Below are positions 8,485-17,134 of a stretch of 64,000 nt of DNA, in pieces. Below the pieces are notes generated by a model. That model searched no databases and was not told the origin of the DNA. It saw nothing but the letters and a program-made list of their open reading frames with translations. Made by a program: the position numbers and the translations under genes. The DNA is from a candidate division FCPU426 bacterium (GTDB lineage Bacteria > Oederibacteriota > PGYV01 > Palsa-1178), in the NCBI GenBank assembly GCA_963840035.1, contig CAWIXE010000002.1, forward strand, positions 1,152,001-1,216,000, read 5' to 3'. How positions within the stretch are numbered: position 1 is the first letter of the stretch; each line of letters opens with the position of its first letter.

Positions 8485-8566
8485 ATTTTAAATTTTCAAT
8501 TTTAAATTTTCAATTAAAGACTTTTCCGGTAAGTTAATTGAAAATTGAAAATATAAAATTGAAAAT
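8485..8566. repeat. ATTTTNN heptamer inverted-array element, copy 3
   Basis: Arms at 8485-8518 and 8534-8566; the right arm is identical (33/33) to 5974-6006. Confidence 0.9.
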
Positions 8567-8571
8567 CCGTT

Positions 8572-9924
8572 TTATTTAGGTACAGCCGATATTTCCTTGC
8601 TGTACTTCGATTCCCTGCCCTTTTCATCAACGGAAGTTACGACAAAATAACTCCTGAGGCCGCTCTTTAAAGGGCCGACTTTCAGGTAATACTTCGGCGC
8701 CGCGATCGGCAGCTTAGTAAGCTTGTAATATTTTCCTCCCGGTTTATAGCTCATATAGACGTTATATCCGGCTATTTTAACCTTGGTATCCTTGTCTATG
8801 GACCACATTACCCATATCTTCTTTGCCTCGGGTTTAAGCTTGATCATCTTCGGCGGATTTATGGGTTTTGGCGTGGGTACCGGTGTTGGCTGCCCGATGT
8901 TAATGGTCATTCCGACCCTGTGTGAATTGCCCAGAATCCCGTACGGTATAAAAGCGTAATCAATGCCTACTTCGGTGCCGTCAAAGTTCCTGGATACCCC
9001 GAATCCGAAAGTAAACCCCGCAAACCAGCCGAGGTCGCTTATTAAATTATTCCCGTTAAGCCTGTATCCGAGCCTGGGTTTTACCATGAATTCGGAGACA
9101 TTATAAATGTATTCAAGGCCGAAATTAAGTTTAAACGGCATATTCGCAGGCTGGAGCGGAAGCACCCCGTCAATGCCGACATTTAAGGCGTCTTTAGGGT
9201 CATCAACGGAGGTAAAAAGCCTCGGCGCCTTATATGCCACGCCGAACTTAAGGTTAAGGGGCAGCGGTGAATCCGGGGCGCCCTTTACCGTATTCATCTG
9301 CATGAAACTTACATTTTGGAATACAAGGCCGACATCAAATCCCTGCATCATGGTGTTTGCCAGTATTCCGATATCCAGCGCCGGAATCCAGCCCTCTTCA
9401 AGCGCTATTTTCTGGTTGATCAGCTTTAATGTCGCGCCGACCGCGAACATCTTCGCGGCCTGCCAGCTGTACGACACGCCGAGAACGGTTCCTCCCGCGC
9501 CGAAAGTCTCGCCCTGATTTTCCTGCCATTGCGAATAATTCCAGTCCCCGCCCGTATTAAACTCTTTGGTGACATTGACATCTTCAACCCTGACTAAGAG
9601 CGCTGTAATTCCTATGGTACCCCAGATATTTATGCCGAGCTGTTCCGCGGGAAAACCTACCGCGAGATATTCATATGAAGTGCCGCCGAAATTCTGATTG
9701 TGCATGAGGGCAAACTGCGGGTTCTGCACCTTTACAAGCGCCCCCGGATTCCACCAGCCCGCGTCCACATTATCAACCACGGCAGTATACGCCTCGCCCA
9801 TGCCGCACGCCCTTGCAGAGACCCCAAGGTTAAGGTATGGTGACGCGGTTACGCCGCCATACTCCGCCGCGTATAAACCGCAGGTTAAAAATATCGCGCA
9901 AATTAACGCTATTATCCTTTTCAT
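8572..9924 (-). CDS. PorV/PorQ (UPF0164)-like outer-membrane beta-barrel fused to a PT linker and an FN3-like domain
   Basis: Signal peptide; YLNLGVSARACGMGEAYTAVVDNVDAGWWNPGAL N-terminal motif; alternating beta-strands ending DYAFIPYGILGNSHRVGM; then PTPVPTP and W...GYNVY...YFVVTSVD..G.ES..S (FN3). Confidence 0.82.
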   Translation of the reverse strand: MKRIIALICAIFLTCGLYAAEYGGVTASPYLNLGVSARACGMGEAYTAVVDNVDAGWWNPGALVKVQNPQFALMHNQNFGGTSYEYLAVGFPAEQLGINIWGTIGITALLVRVEDVNVTKEFNTGGDWNYSQWQENQGETFGAGGTVLGVSYSWQAAKMFAVGATLKLINQKIALEEGWIPALDIGILANTMMQGFDVGLVFQNVSFMQMNTVKGAPDSPLPLNLKFGVAYKAPRLFTSVDDPKDALNVGIDGVLPLQPANMPFKLNFGLEYIYNVSEFMVKPRLGYRLNGNNLISDLGWFAGFTFGFGVSRNFDGTEVGIDYAFIPYGILGNSHRVGMTINIGQPTPVPTPKPINPPKMIKLKPEAKKIWVMWSIDKDTKVKIAGYNVYMSYKPGGKYYKLTKLPIAAPKYYLKVGPLKSGLRSYFVVTSVDEKGRESKYSKEISAVPK

Positions 9925-9972
9925 TCGAGTCTCTCCTCGGTTAATATTATCGGTTATAAAAAATAAAACGGC

Positions 9973-11727
9973 CTACGGGTTTATAGTCGTAGACTCGCAT
10001 TTGTAACAGACTATTATCCTGAACACCCTGGTTTTTTTATCCGACGACTCCAGAACAAGGTAATAAAGCCCGGAAACGACTTTGGACCCGTTGTTGTTCT
10101 TTCCGTTCCACTCAAACCTGTTATTTGTCGTGGCAAGCACTTTCCCTGACTTAACAAGCGCGCCGTCCATGGCGTAAATGAATACCTTTGTATCCGGCGG
10201 GGTATTATCCACATAGAAAAATTTGCTGCCCATATTCGGGTTAAAAGGATTCGGGTAAACCCTGGCGCGGATAAGGTCCGGAGGCGCCGGCGTTGCCGTA
10301 AACGTAGGAGAAGGCGTCGCGGTTCCGCATATGCCAGTGCACGGAGTGTTCTCCGGCGTGGGCGTATTCGTCTGGGTCGGCATTGGATCTATGTAGCCGC
10401 AAACCTGGTCCGTGTTGGCCACCGGGTCATATAAAAGCGGCTCATGATAATTGGCATTTACGGTGTTGCCTTTTGATTTATTTTCGTCTGACGGGTCATA
10501 ATCAACAGGCCCGTTATTGCATGTCAACACCTTATAACAATATGTGTTTCCGCCTATAACAGCGGTATCAGTTAGGCATAATGGATATGTGCCCGCCTTG
10601 ACTATGCCGACGCTTACAAACGGATCCCCGCCTGAGGTGAGGGTCAGCGACCTATATACATGGTAAGCTGTGACCGGCACCGCAGGGTCATAAGTAGTCT
10701 GCGGCGGCCAGCTGACAAGCGCGCCCAGGGGCGTGCCGTTGTCATACGCCGTTGTGACTGTTATCGGAGAAGGCGAATCATAAACAGGCAGGCTGTCCTT
10801 TGCGCCGAGTGAAAGAAAATCATAATACATTATTATAGACCTGAAACTCGGAAGGGATTCAAATCCTTTACCCGCCAGGGTGGGCCATTTGGAGTAATCC
10901 GCCTTTGGCGCGTTTATGATGATATCCGTCACTGTCGAAACTCCAAAATACCTTCCCGTGGTGACATCATATTGATTGGCGAGATAATTTAAGGACATGG
11001 AATAAAAAGTGCTGAATGAGTTATCAAAGGCTCCCTGCGTCACAAAAGGCAGGTCGGAACCCGTGATAGTGACATTCCCGTCGTATATGGCGGCATTCTG
11101 GTAAAGAGGCTTTTCAGCTGATCCGCCGTTGGGATAAACATTAAAATACAGGTAAAATTTTATGTATCCATAACATGACATATCCCCCGCGTGTACTGTT
11201 ACAGGAGTAGGCGAAGGCCCTGCCGTAGGTATGCCTACCGGTTTTGGCACGTAACATCCGGTATTTTCAAAATTCTGCCCGAAATCCGGGTTTGTCGTCT
11301 CGGCATAATTGGTAAGGTGCACAAACTGCGGCGATGAATTGGTGTTTCCCGACCAGGAAACCCTCATGTATCCCTGCCCGTGTTTGGCAGGCGGGCAATT
11401 CGTATCAGTCGTGCCGGCGCACACGCCTCCCCCGCAATTTGTCATATAACTTAACGGAACGCCGTTATCCTTGGTGCCGCCCTGCCAGCCTTTATAATCA
11501 TATTCGGAATTGACCGGGGAATACTTCATGGTATATGGCGCATGGACAGAATCAAAATCATTTATTAAATTGGGGCTGACCGGGTAAATAGGCGGCCCAA
11601 AATAATAGTAATCCAGATCAAAAGCGTGCACATAAGGAGGGTTTGCTTTATTGGAAAAATAGCTGAAAATTGAGATCATTAGAAATACAATTAGAATCAC
11701 AAAAGAATAAATACGCCTGTTTTTCAT
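9973..11727 (-). CDS. Secreted protein with FN3-like domain, short PT linker and T9SS-CTD/FlgD-like C-terminal domain
   Basis: N-terminal hydrophobic segment; VSW...AYHVYRS...YCYKV (FN3); TPTP linker; VYPNPFNP...IYAMDGALVK...WNGKNNNG.KVVSGLYYL tail. Confidence 0.8.
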   Translation of the reverse strand: MKNRRIYSFVILIVFLMISIFSYFSNKANPPYVHAFDLDYYYFGPPIYPVSPNLINDFDSVHAPYTMKYSPVNSEYDYKGWQGGTKDNGVPLSYMTNCGGGVCAGTTDTNCPPAKHGQGYMRVSWSGNTNSSPQFVHLTNYAETTNPDFGQNFENTGCYVPKPVGIPTAGPSPTPVTVHAGDMSCYGYIKFYLYFNVYPNGGSAEKPLYQNAAIYDGNVTITGSDLPFVTQGAFDNSFSTFYSMSLNYLANQYDVTTGRYFGVSTVTDIIINAPKADYSKWPTLAGKGFESLPSFRSIIMYYDFLSLGAKDSLPVYDSPSPITVTTAYDNGTPLGALVSWPPQTTYDPAVPVTAYHVYRSLTLTSGGDPFVSVGIVKAGTYPLCLTDTAVIGGNTYCYKVLTCNNGPVDYDPSDENKSKGNTVNANYHEPLLYDPVANTDQVCGYIDPMPTQTNTPTPENTPCTGICGTATPSPTFTATPAPPDLIRARVYPNPFNPNMGSKFFYVDNTPPDTKVFIYAMDGALVKSGKVLATTNNRFEWNGKNNNGSKVVSGLYYLVLESSDKKTRVFRIIVCYKCESTTINP

Positions 11728-11758
11728 GATAAAACTCCTTTCCTATTTTTCTATAAAA

Positions 11759-11787
11759 ATTATAGTTGAAAAAATGCCCACTGTCAA
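11759..11787 (-). promoter_or_regulatory. Consensus sigma70 promoter for the CTD-protein/PorV-like pair
   Basis: On the minus strand TTGACA (11787-11782), 17 nt, TATAAT (11764-11759): a perfect consensus. Confidence 0.8.
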
Positions 11788-11998
11788 CACAAAGATTGCT
11801 TAAAAAAGATGGAAACGCCTTTTATTTCAGCCGATTCCCGGCGCGTGCGCCCTGTTCACAGCCATTGGGAATTTAGCGTTTGCCATCCGGGGCGCGCAGG
11901 TAAATTCCGGGCGTGCGGCACCGGTAATTATAAACAAAAAACTATTGTATCGCGGATGCCGGATGAAGTGGGTGAGCAGTTATATGAGAAATACGGTA

Positions 11999-13159
11999 TT
12001 ATTTGAGTAATTTATTGTCATTTATGGCGCAGCATTTTGAACAAACGGGCAAAAGTTTTTTCTTTTTCAGCAGTTTCCTGAAAGCAACATATTTTTCGCC
12101 GTTCCAGATGTCCTTAAAGGACTTATCCTTGATATTTCCCATGTCAGCGTTCAGATTGCTCAACAGGATGCATGGAAAAACCTCGCCATAGGGCGAAATA
12201 ATGGCGCGCGCCCAGGGAAATAAGCAGTAATCAACTTCATTATATGCCGGGTCGCCGTATTTTTTAACAGCCCGCACTGAAGGAAACGATATATTGATGT
12301 CAGCATCGGAGTTTTCCCTGATCAGCTGGCCCCTCACTTCAAGCATTTTATCAGGGTCAAGGTTGATCAGTTCGTCCGGCAGGTTGCCTATATCCCCCTG
12401 CCCCGGGCCTTCCATGCCAAGGATCTTTTTTGTGGCTTCGCTTAGTTTTGTGCCGTTATAAGTTATGAGCCCGACGTTCCAGTCCTTGAGCCCGGACGCC
12501 TTAATGCCCTTGAGCAGTTCAGGCAGCCCGTCCTGGTTCATCGCGGAAACCGAAGTTGATATGAGCAGCCTGGGTATTTCAAGGCCCTCTTTTTCCTTGC
12601 GCTTAAATATGCCAATGCCCTTGATTATCTTGTCATACGCGCCTTTCGCTCCCCTTATCCTGTCGTGAATATCCGCCGGGCCGTCCACGGAAATTGAAAT
12701 TGTATTGATGCGCGCGTCTATTATTTTGTCGATCACCGCCTCGTTAAGCAGAATACCGTTGGTAAAAAAATTGACCAAAAGCCCCTTTGATACCGCATAT
12801 TTTGAGATTGGAAAAAGATTTTCATATATGAGCGGCTCCCCGCCATGAAGCGTCAGCACTTTTACGCCCATGGCCGCGATATCATCTATGAGTTTTATGA
12901 TCTGATCGTAGGAAAGCTCGTCCGCCTTCCTTTTGTCTATCATATTTGCCGTATTGGATTTTTCATTTTCATTGTAATAATAGCACATGTTGCACCTTAA
13001 ATTGCAGCGGTAGGTAAGCAGCACAAGCACGTTGATGGGCGCAAGCGCTTTCCCGCGCATAAAAACATACGGAAGCCGGCTGTACATGTCTTCAGCCAGG
13101 CGTCCAAGATACTTGTTTTTTTGCAGCATTTTTATTATAAACGAGGAAAAATTTTTCAT
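11999..13159 (-). CDS. Radical SAM protein with SPASM/twitch domain (paralog 2)
   Basis: CNLRCNMC, GGEP, TNG, SVDG, C-terminal CLFPW...ISPYGEVFPC...GNI...IWNG...CSKCC. Confidence 0.92.
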   Translation of the reverse strand: MKNFSSFIIKMLQKNKYLGRLAEDMYSRLPYVFMRGKALAPINVLVLLTYRCNLRCNMCYYYNENEKSNTANMIDKRKADELSYDQIIKLIDDIAAMGVKVLTLHGGEPLIYENLFPISKYAVSKGLLVNFFTNGILLNEAVIDKIIDARINTISISVDGPADIHDRIRGAKGAYDKIIKGIGIFKRKEKEGLEIPRLLISTSVSAMNQDGLPELLKGIKASGLKDWNVGLITYNGTKLSEATKKILGMEGPGQGDIGNLPDELINLDPDKMLEVRGQLIRENSDADINISFPSVRAVKKYGDPAYNEVDYCLFPWARAIISPYGEVFPCILLSNLNADMGNIKDKSFKDIWNGEKYVAFRKLLKKKKLLPVCSKCCAINDNKLLK

Positions 13160-13165
13160 GTTTTA

Positions 13166-13194
13166 ATGATACACTCCCGGAATATGTTTGTCAA
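13166..13194 (-). promoter_or_regulatory. Sigma70 promoter, probably giving a leaderless mRNA
   Basis: TTGACA (13194-13189), 17 nt, TATCAT (13171-13166), only 6 nt upstream of ATG 13159. Confidence 0.65.
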
Positions 13195-13290
13195 TGTCAT
13201 TCCTCCCCCCCAAAAACGCGGGGCGCAAACGCTTCATTAGGGGCAGTGCGCATACCGGCATAAAAACTCCCGCGGAAAGCAAGAATTGGC

Positions 13291-14457
13291 TCACAGCGAT
13301 TTAAAACCGTTTATTGTGCAGCATTTGGAGCAGATTGGAAGCAGGCCGCTCTTTTTGATTTTCTTCCTGAACTGTACGTATTTTTTTCCGTTCCATATCC
13401 TGCTTAAGGGCTCGTCTTTAATGTTTCCCATGTCCGCGTTTACCATGGATAACGGAATGCACGGAAAGACCTCCCCGTAAGGCGATATGACAACCCTGGC
13501 CCACGGTTCAAGGCAGTAATTAACCTCATTGAAATACGGGTCCTGATAATTCTCGATGGAAGCGGCTGACGGGAATATTATCTGCAGCCCCGCCCTTGAA
13601 TTTTCCTTTTTCAGTTTGTCCCTTACCTCTATCAGCGCTTTTTTATCAAGTTTGATGATTTCATCGGGAAGCCCGCTTAAGTCCCCCTGCCCGTGCGCGC
13701 CGCTTATGCCCAGGATTTTTTTTGTTTCGGCGCTGATCTTTTCGCTGTTATACGTCACAAGCCCCACGCCCCAGTTCGCAATGCCGTTCTCCCTGATAGT
13801 CTCAAAAAGACCCATTATGCCGGACTGGTTCATGGCCGATATGTATGTCGATACCGAAAGCCTGGGGACCGGAAGGCCCTGCTTTTGCTTTTCCTTAAAT
13901 ATCTTTATTCCCTGCACTATCTTTTTGAAGGCCCCTTTCATGCCCCGTATGTCGTCGTGTGCGCTTTCAGGCCCGTCCAGGGAAATGGTTATGCTGTTAA
14001 TGCGGGCGTCTATTATCTTATCAATTACCTTTTCGTCAAGAAGCACCCCGTTAGTTATGAAATTAACAAGCATTCCTTTTGATGCCGCGTATGCCGATAT
14101 TTTAAAGACGTCCCCGTACACAAGCGGCTCACCGCCATGAAGCGTAAGCACCCTGACGCCCATGCCGGCAGCGTCGTCTATGAACGCGCATATTTGCCCG
14201 TAAGTTAATTCTTCATTTTTTCTGGCGGAAATAAGGTTCTGAGTGGCGTTTTTTTCAGTTTCATTATAGTAAAAGCACATCTTGCACCTTAAATTGCACC
14301 GGTACGTCAGGAGCAATACGGCGGATAACGGCGCCAGGGCCTTCCCGTTCATGAACACATAAGGGATACGGCTGTACATGTCTTCCATGAACCTTGCAAC
14401 AAAAGCGTTCTTTTGAAGTAATTTTATCGCTGAAATCGCCAGTTTATTCACATGCAC
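13291..14457 (-). CDS. Radical SAM protein with SPASM/twitch domain (paralog 1)
   Basis: CNLRCKMC, GGEP, SLDG, CLEPW...ISPYGEVFPC...CSKCC; colinear with 11999-13159. Confidence 0.92.
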   Translation of the reverse strand: MHVNKLAISAIKLLQKNAFVARFMEDMYSRIPYVFMNGKALAPLSAVLLLTYRCNLRCKMCFYYNETEKNATQNLISARKNEELTYGQICAFIDDAAGMGVRVLTLHGGEPLVYGDVFKISAYAASKGMLVNFITNGVLLDEKVIDKIIDARINSITISLDGPESAHDDIRGMKGAFKKIVQGIKIFKEKQKQGLPVPRLSVSTYISAMNQSGIMGLFETIRENGIANWGVGLVTYNSEKISAETKKILGISGAHGQGDLSGLPDEIIKLDKKALIEVRDKLKKENSRAGLQIIFPSAASIENYQDPYFNEVNYCLEPWARVVISPYGEVFPCIPLSMVNADMGNIKDEPLSRIWNGKKYVQFRKKIKKSGLLPICSKCCTINGFKSL

Positions 14458-14534
14458 CCCGTAAATTTTTTCGTAGTATCATAACTTTTTAAATCACGCG
14501 CAAAAAATCACGGATACTCTGCCTTACTTTAAAG

Positions 14535-14566
14535 AAAAACCGCCGGCATCTCTGCCGGCGGTTTTT
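14535..14566 (-). terminator. Intrinsic terminator after the NHL gene
   Basis: aaaaaccgccggca-tctc-tgccggcggttttt. Confidence 0.85.
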
Positions 14567-14578
14567 ATGGCTATAAGA

Positions 14579-15574
14579 TTAGTACTTTATGGGCTTTAAA
14601 ACATAAAGCCTGTCAGACGTGATGTAAATCATGTTGCTGTTCCCGCCTGAGATGCAGTTCGGATACCTGATCAGGCAGCTTTTTGCCTCATCCGAATCCC
14701 AGCTTGAGACGAACTTGCCTTTGGGGCTGAATACAAGGATCTGATGCGATTCAAACCAGTTGAAATACACGTACCCGTCCGGCATGACCGTAAAATTCTC
14801 CAGCTGTGTAAACCTCTTGATTTTTGTTATCTTCCACGCTGTTTTTAATTTCCCGGTTTTATCAAAAACCTGCATGCGGGCGCCTGACGGTTCAAGCAGG
14901 TCCATTACATATATATCGCCGCTGTTGGACAGGTGTATCTTGCCCATGTTTGAAAATTTGCCCTTATCCGTGCCCCTGCCGCCAAACTCCAAGAGCCTTG
15001 TGGTAAAATCCTTTGGCATTTTAACCACTTTACCGGCCTCATGATCGGCAATATAAAAATTATCCTCGCTGTCAATTTCAAACCATGTCGCGTTGCTGAA
15101 GCCCGATAAAACTGTCCTTTTCATCTCCTTGAAGTTGGGGTCGTACTGGATGATAAGGTTCTTGCCCGAAAGCACGTATATGTTCCCTGCCGAATCGGCG
15201 ACAGTTACAGCGGCGCCTTCTTTTACGGTGTATATTTTTTCAATTTTGCCGTTTGTCTTGTCAACCTTCCTGACTTCCCCTCTTTCCCCGTCAGTTATAT
15301 AGATATACTGCCCGTATTCCGCCATAGTGGTTATGCCGTTGTAAGGCTTGTCAAACGACGTCACAAATGTGGGTTTTTTCGACTGTACTATGGACGCCTG
15401 GCTCACGAAATAAATCTCAACTGCCGCAAAAATCGCAAACGCGATAAGGACCATCACAAGCATCTTGCCGTTCTTCGAAGGCGCCGCCTTTTCAGCGACC
15501 GTGTTTTTCGCCGCTTCGGCAACAGGCGCTTTTGCCTTCTTGTTTTTTACCGCTGCATTTTTCTTTTTAGCCAT
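14579..15574 (-). CDS. Membrane-anchored NHL-repeat/beta-propeller protein
   Basis: Basic N-terminus plus one TM helix; repeated DSAGNIYV / DSEDNFYIAD / FGGRGTDKGKF / SGDIYVMD / PDGYVY blades. Confidence 0.8.
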   Translation of the reverse strand: MAKKKNAAVKNKKAKAPVAEAAKNTVAEKAAPSKNGKMLVMVLIAFAIFAAVEIYFVSQASIVQSKKPTFVTSFDKPYNGITTMAEYGQYIYITDGERGEVRKVDKTNGKIEKIYTVKEGAAVTVADSAGNIYVLSGKNLIIQYDPNFKEMKRTVLSGFSNATWFEIDSEDNFYIADHEAGKVVKMPKDFTTRLLEFGGRGTDKGKFSNMGKIHLSNSGDIYVMDLLEPSGARMQVFDKTGKLKTAWKITKIKRFTQLENFTVMPDGYVYFNWFESHQILVFSPKGKFVSSWDSDEAKSCLIRYPNCISGGNSNMIYITSDRLYVLKPIKY

Positions 15575-15604
15575 TTCTTCCTCCTTGAGATATTTTACTG
15601 ACTT

Positions 15605-17134
15605 TTATTCCGCGGATACGACATAATCCGGTTCGAACAAATTAACAGGGACGGGCGCATACGTATTGGACCCCGGTTTCATCCACTTGACGTTAAAGCC
15701 GTTAGCGCCGGCGTATATTTCAATCTGATGACGTCCCTTGCTCAAGCTGAAACTCTGTACTTTTGTCATGGCCTGTTTTGTCCTGAAATATTTTTCGGCG
15801 TTCTCGTTGGATTCATTCGAGCTTAACTGCTCGGTATAGTACTTTTTGTCGATAATGAGCCTGGCGTAGATATTGCTCGCGGGTATTATGGAATAATTCC
15901 CGCTCTCGGGTATATTGATATAGCCTTTCAATACCTGGCAGTCAGCGCCCTGGAAGCTTCCCACGTCTATTTCCATGTTATTCACCTCAAAGGCAATAGG
16001 CCCCTGATCCCACATTTTTCCGGTGTAGTAATACGAATGAAGCCCGTAATTTTTCCAGTTATAAAGGTATTTCCCGTCCAGTTTTACCTGCTCAGACCCC
16101 TGGATGACGTTGCCTTCCATTTTTTTGGATTCCATTACGAGCTCAAGCCTGTCGTTTAATCCTGAACGGCGGGCGTCTATCTTTATATTATGAAAACCTT
16201 CGGCAAGCTTCAGCCCGTCCTGCGCGGCGGCGTTCCTGCCGTCGACAATCACTGTTACGGCGGATCCCGCCTTGTTATATATCCTGTACCTGCCATAATA
16301 CGGCACAAGCAGCGAGCCGCTCCATGACGCATTATACGGGACCTTACCGTCGTCAGCGGGCCTGTATACGGGAATGTCGTTTTTAACTTCGCCCCCGCCG
16401 AATGAGTACTTGCCGTTGAGCCCGCGTATTTTCTTAATGAATTCATTTTTCAGAATGACGGACTTTACAAACACGCCGAAACCCTCGCCCGATTTTACAT
16501 TTTTATTGAAATGCGAGTGTTCTATGACCTCAATGGGCGTATCCGGAAAGAATGTGGACACAACCGAGTTCATGTTTTGCCAGGTGTCATAGTGGAAAAA
16601 TATTGCAAAATCGCCGTCCTCGACATATCTCATCCACATTAACAGAGTGGTGAGCCTGTTTCCCGAGTTGGCCTCGCGGTCCCTGTACATCTTAAATGGC
16701 GGATGGCCCGGATAATAAGTGCCCGTATACAATACGACGCGGGTCTTTTCCCCGAGTTCTTTAGCGTACATGCCTGACGCGGTCGACAGCTCGTCCATGC
16801 CGCCTATCCAGCGCTGAAAATACTGATAATAATTGTCCTTCGCGATCGGTATGAGCGGAAGGATTATGATCAGAGGCAGGAAAACAACTTCAAACCTTTT
16901 CCCCAGCGCCCTTCTTAACGCCAGCCATATCCTATCAAAAGCCAGCGCGACAAAATACATGACAGGTATCATGGTCCCGAGCGCGCGCATGGCTGACGGG
17001 GCTTCTATGGAGAATATGGACCCGGCCGCCTGGGAAAAGAAGATCATGACCATGATAAAAAAGACATAATACTTGCTGAAATAAACAGCGTATAAAAAAC
17101 CTATGCCGTAAAAGACGGAGGTCCAGAAATCCAC
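15605..17134 (-). CDS. C-terminal segment of the frameshifted GT-C/PA14 protein
   Basis: Last TM helices, then PA14-like motifs (WSGSLLVPYYGRYRI, L.EGFHNIKI, GLHSYYY, KGYINIPESGNYSI, LSKGRHQIEI). Confidence 0.6.
   Translation of the reverse strand: MDFWTSVFYGIGFLYAVYFSKYYVFFIMVMIFFSQAAGSIFSIEAPSAMRALGTMIPVMYFVALAFDRIWLALRRALGKRFEVVFLPLIIILPLIPIAKDNYYQYFQRWIGGMDELSTASGMYAKELGEKTRVVLYTGTYYPGHPPFKMYRDREANSGNRLTTLLMWMRYVEDGDFAIFFHYDTWQNMNSVVSTFFPDTPIEVIEHSHFNKNVKSGEGFGVFVKSVILKNEFIKKIRGLNGKYSFGGGEVKNDIPVYRPADDGKVPYNASWSGSLLVPYYGRYRIYNKAGSAVTVIVDGRNAAAQDGLKLAEGFHNIKIDARRSGLNDRLELVMESKKMEGNVIQGSEQVKLDGKYLYNWKNYGLHSYYYTGKMWDQGPIAFEVNNMEIDVGSFQGADCQVLKGYINIPESGNYSIIPASNIYARLIIDKKYYTEQLSSNESNENAEKYFRTKQAMTKVQSFSLSKGRHQIEIYAGANGFNVKWMKPGSNTYAPVPVNLFEPDYVVSAE

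Noticed and set aside
5925..8566. CRISPR array or integron attC interpretation of the recurring 33-bp arms
   Set aside because: The copies are inverted pairs separated by whole genes, not direct repeats with uniform spacers. There are no cas or intI genes and no RYYYAAC/GTTRRRY cores.
11809..12006. 65-aa ORF as a radical SAM precursor peptide
   Set aside because: It is on the opposite strand, has no clear RBS and shows no RiPP-like leader/core pattern.
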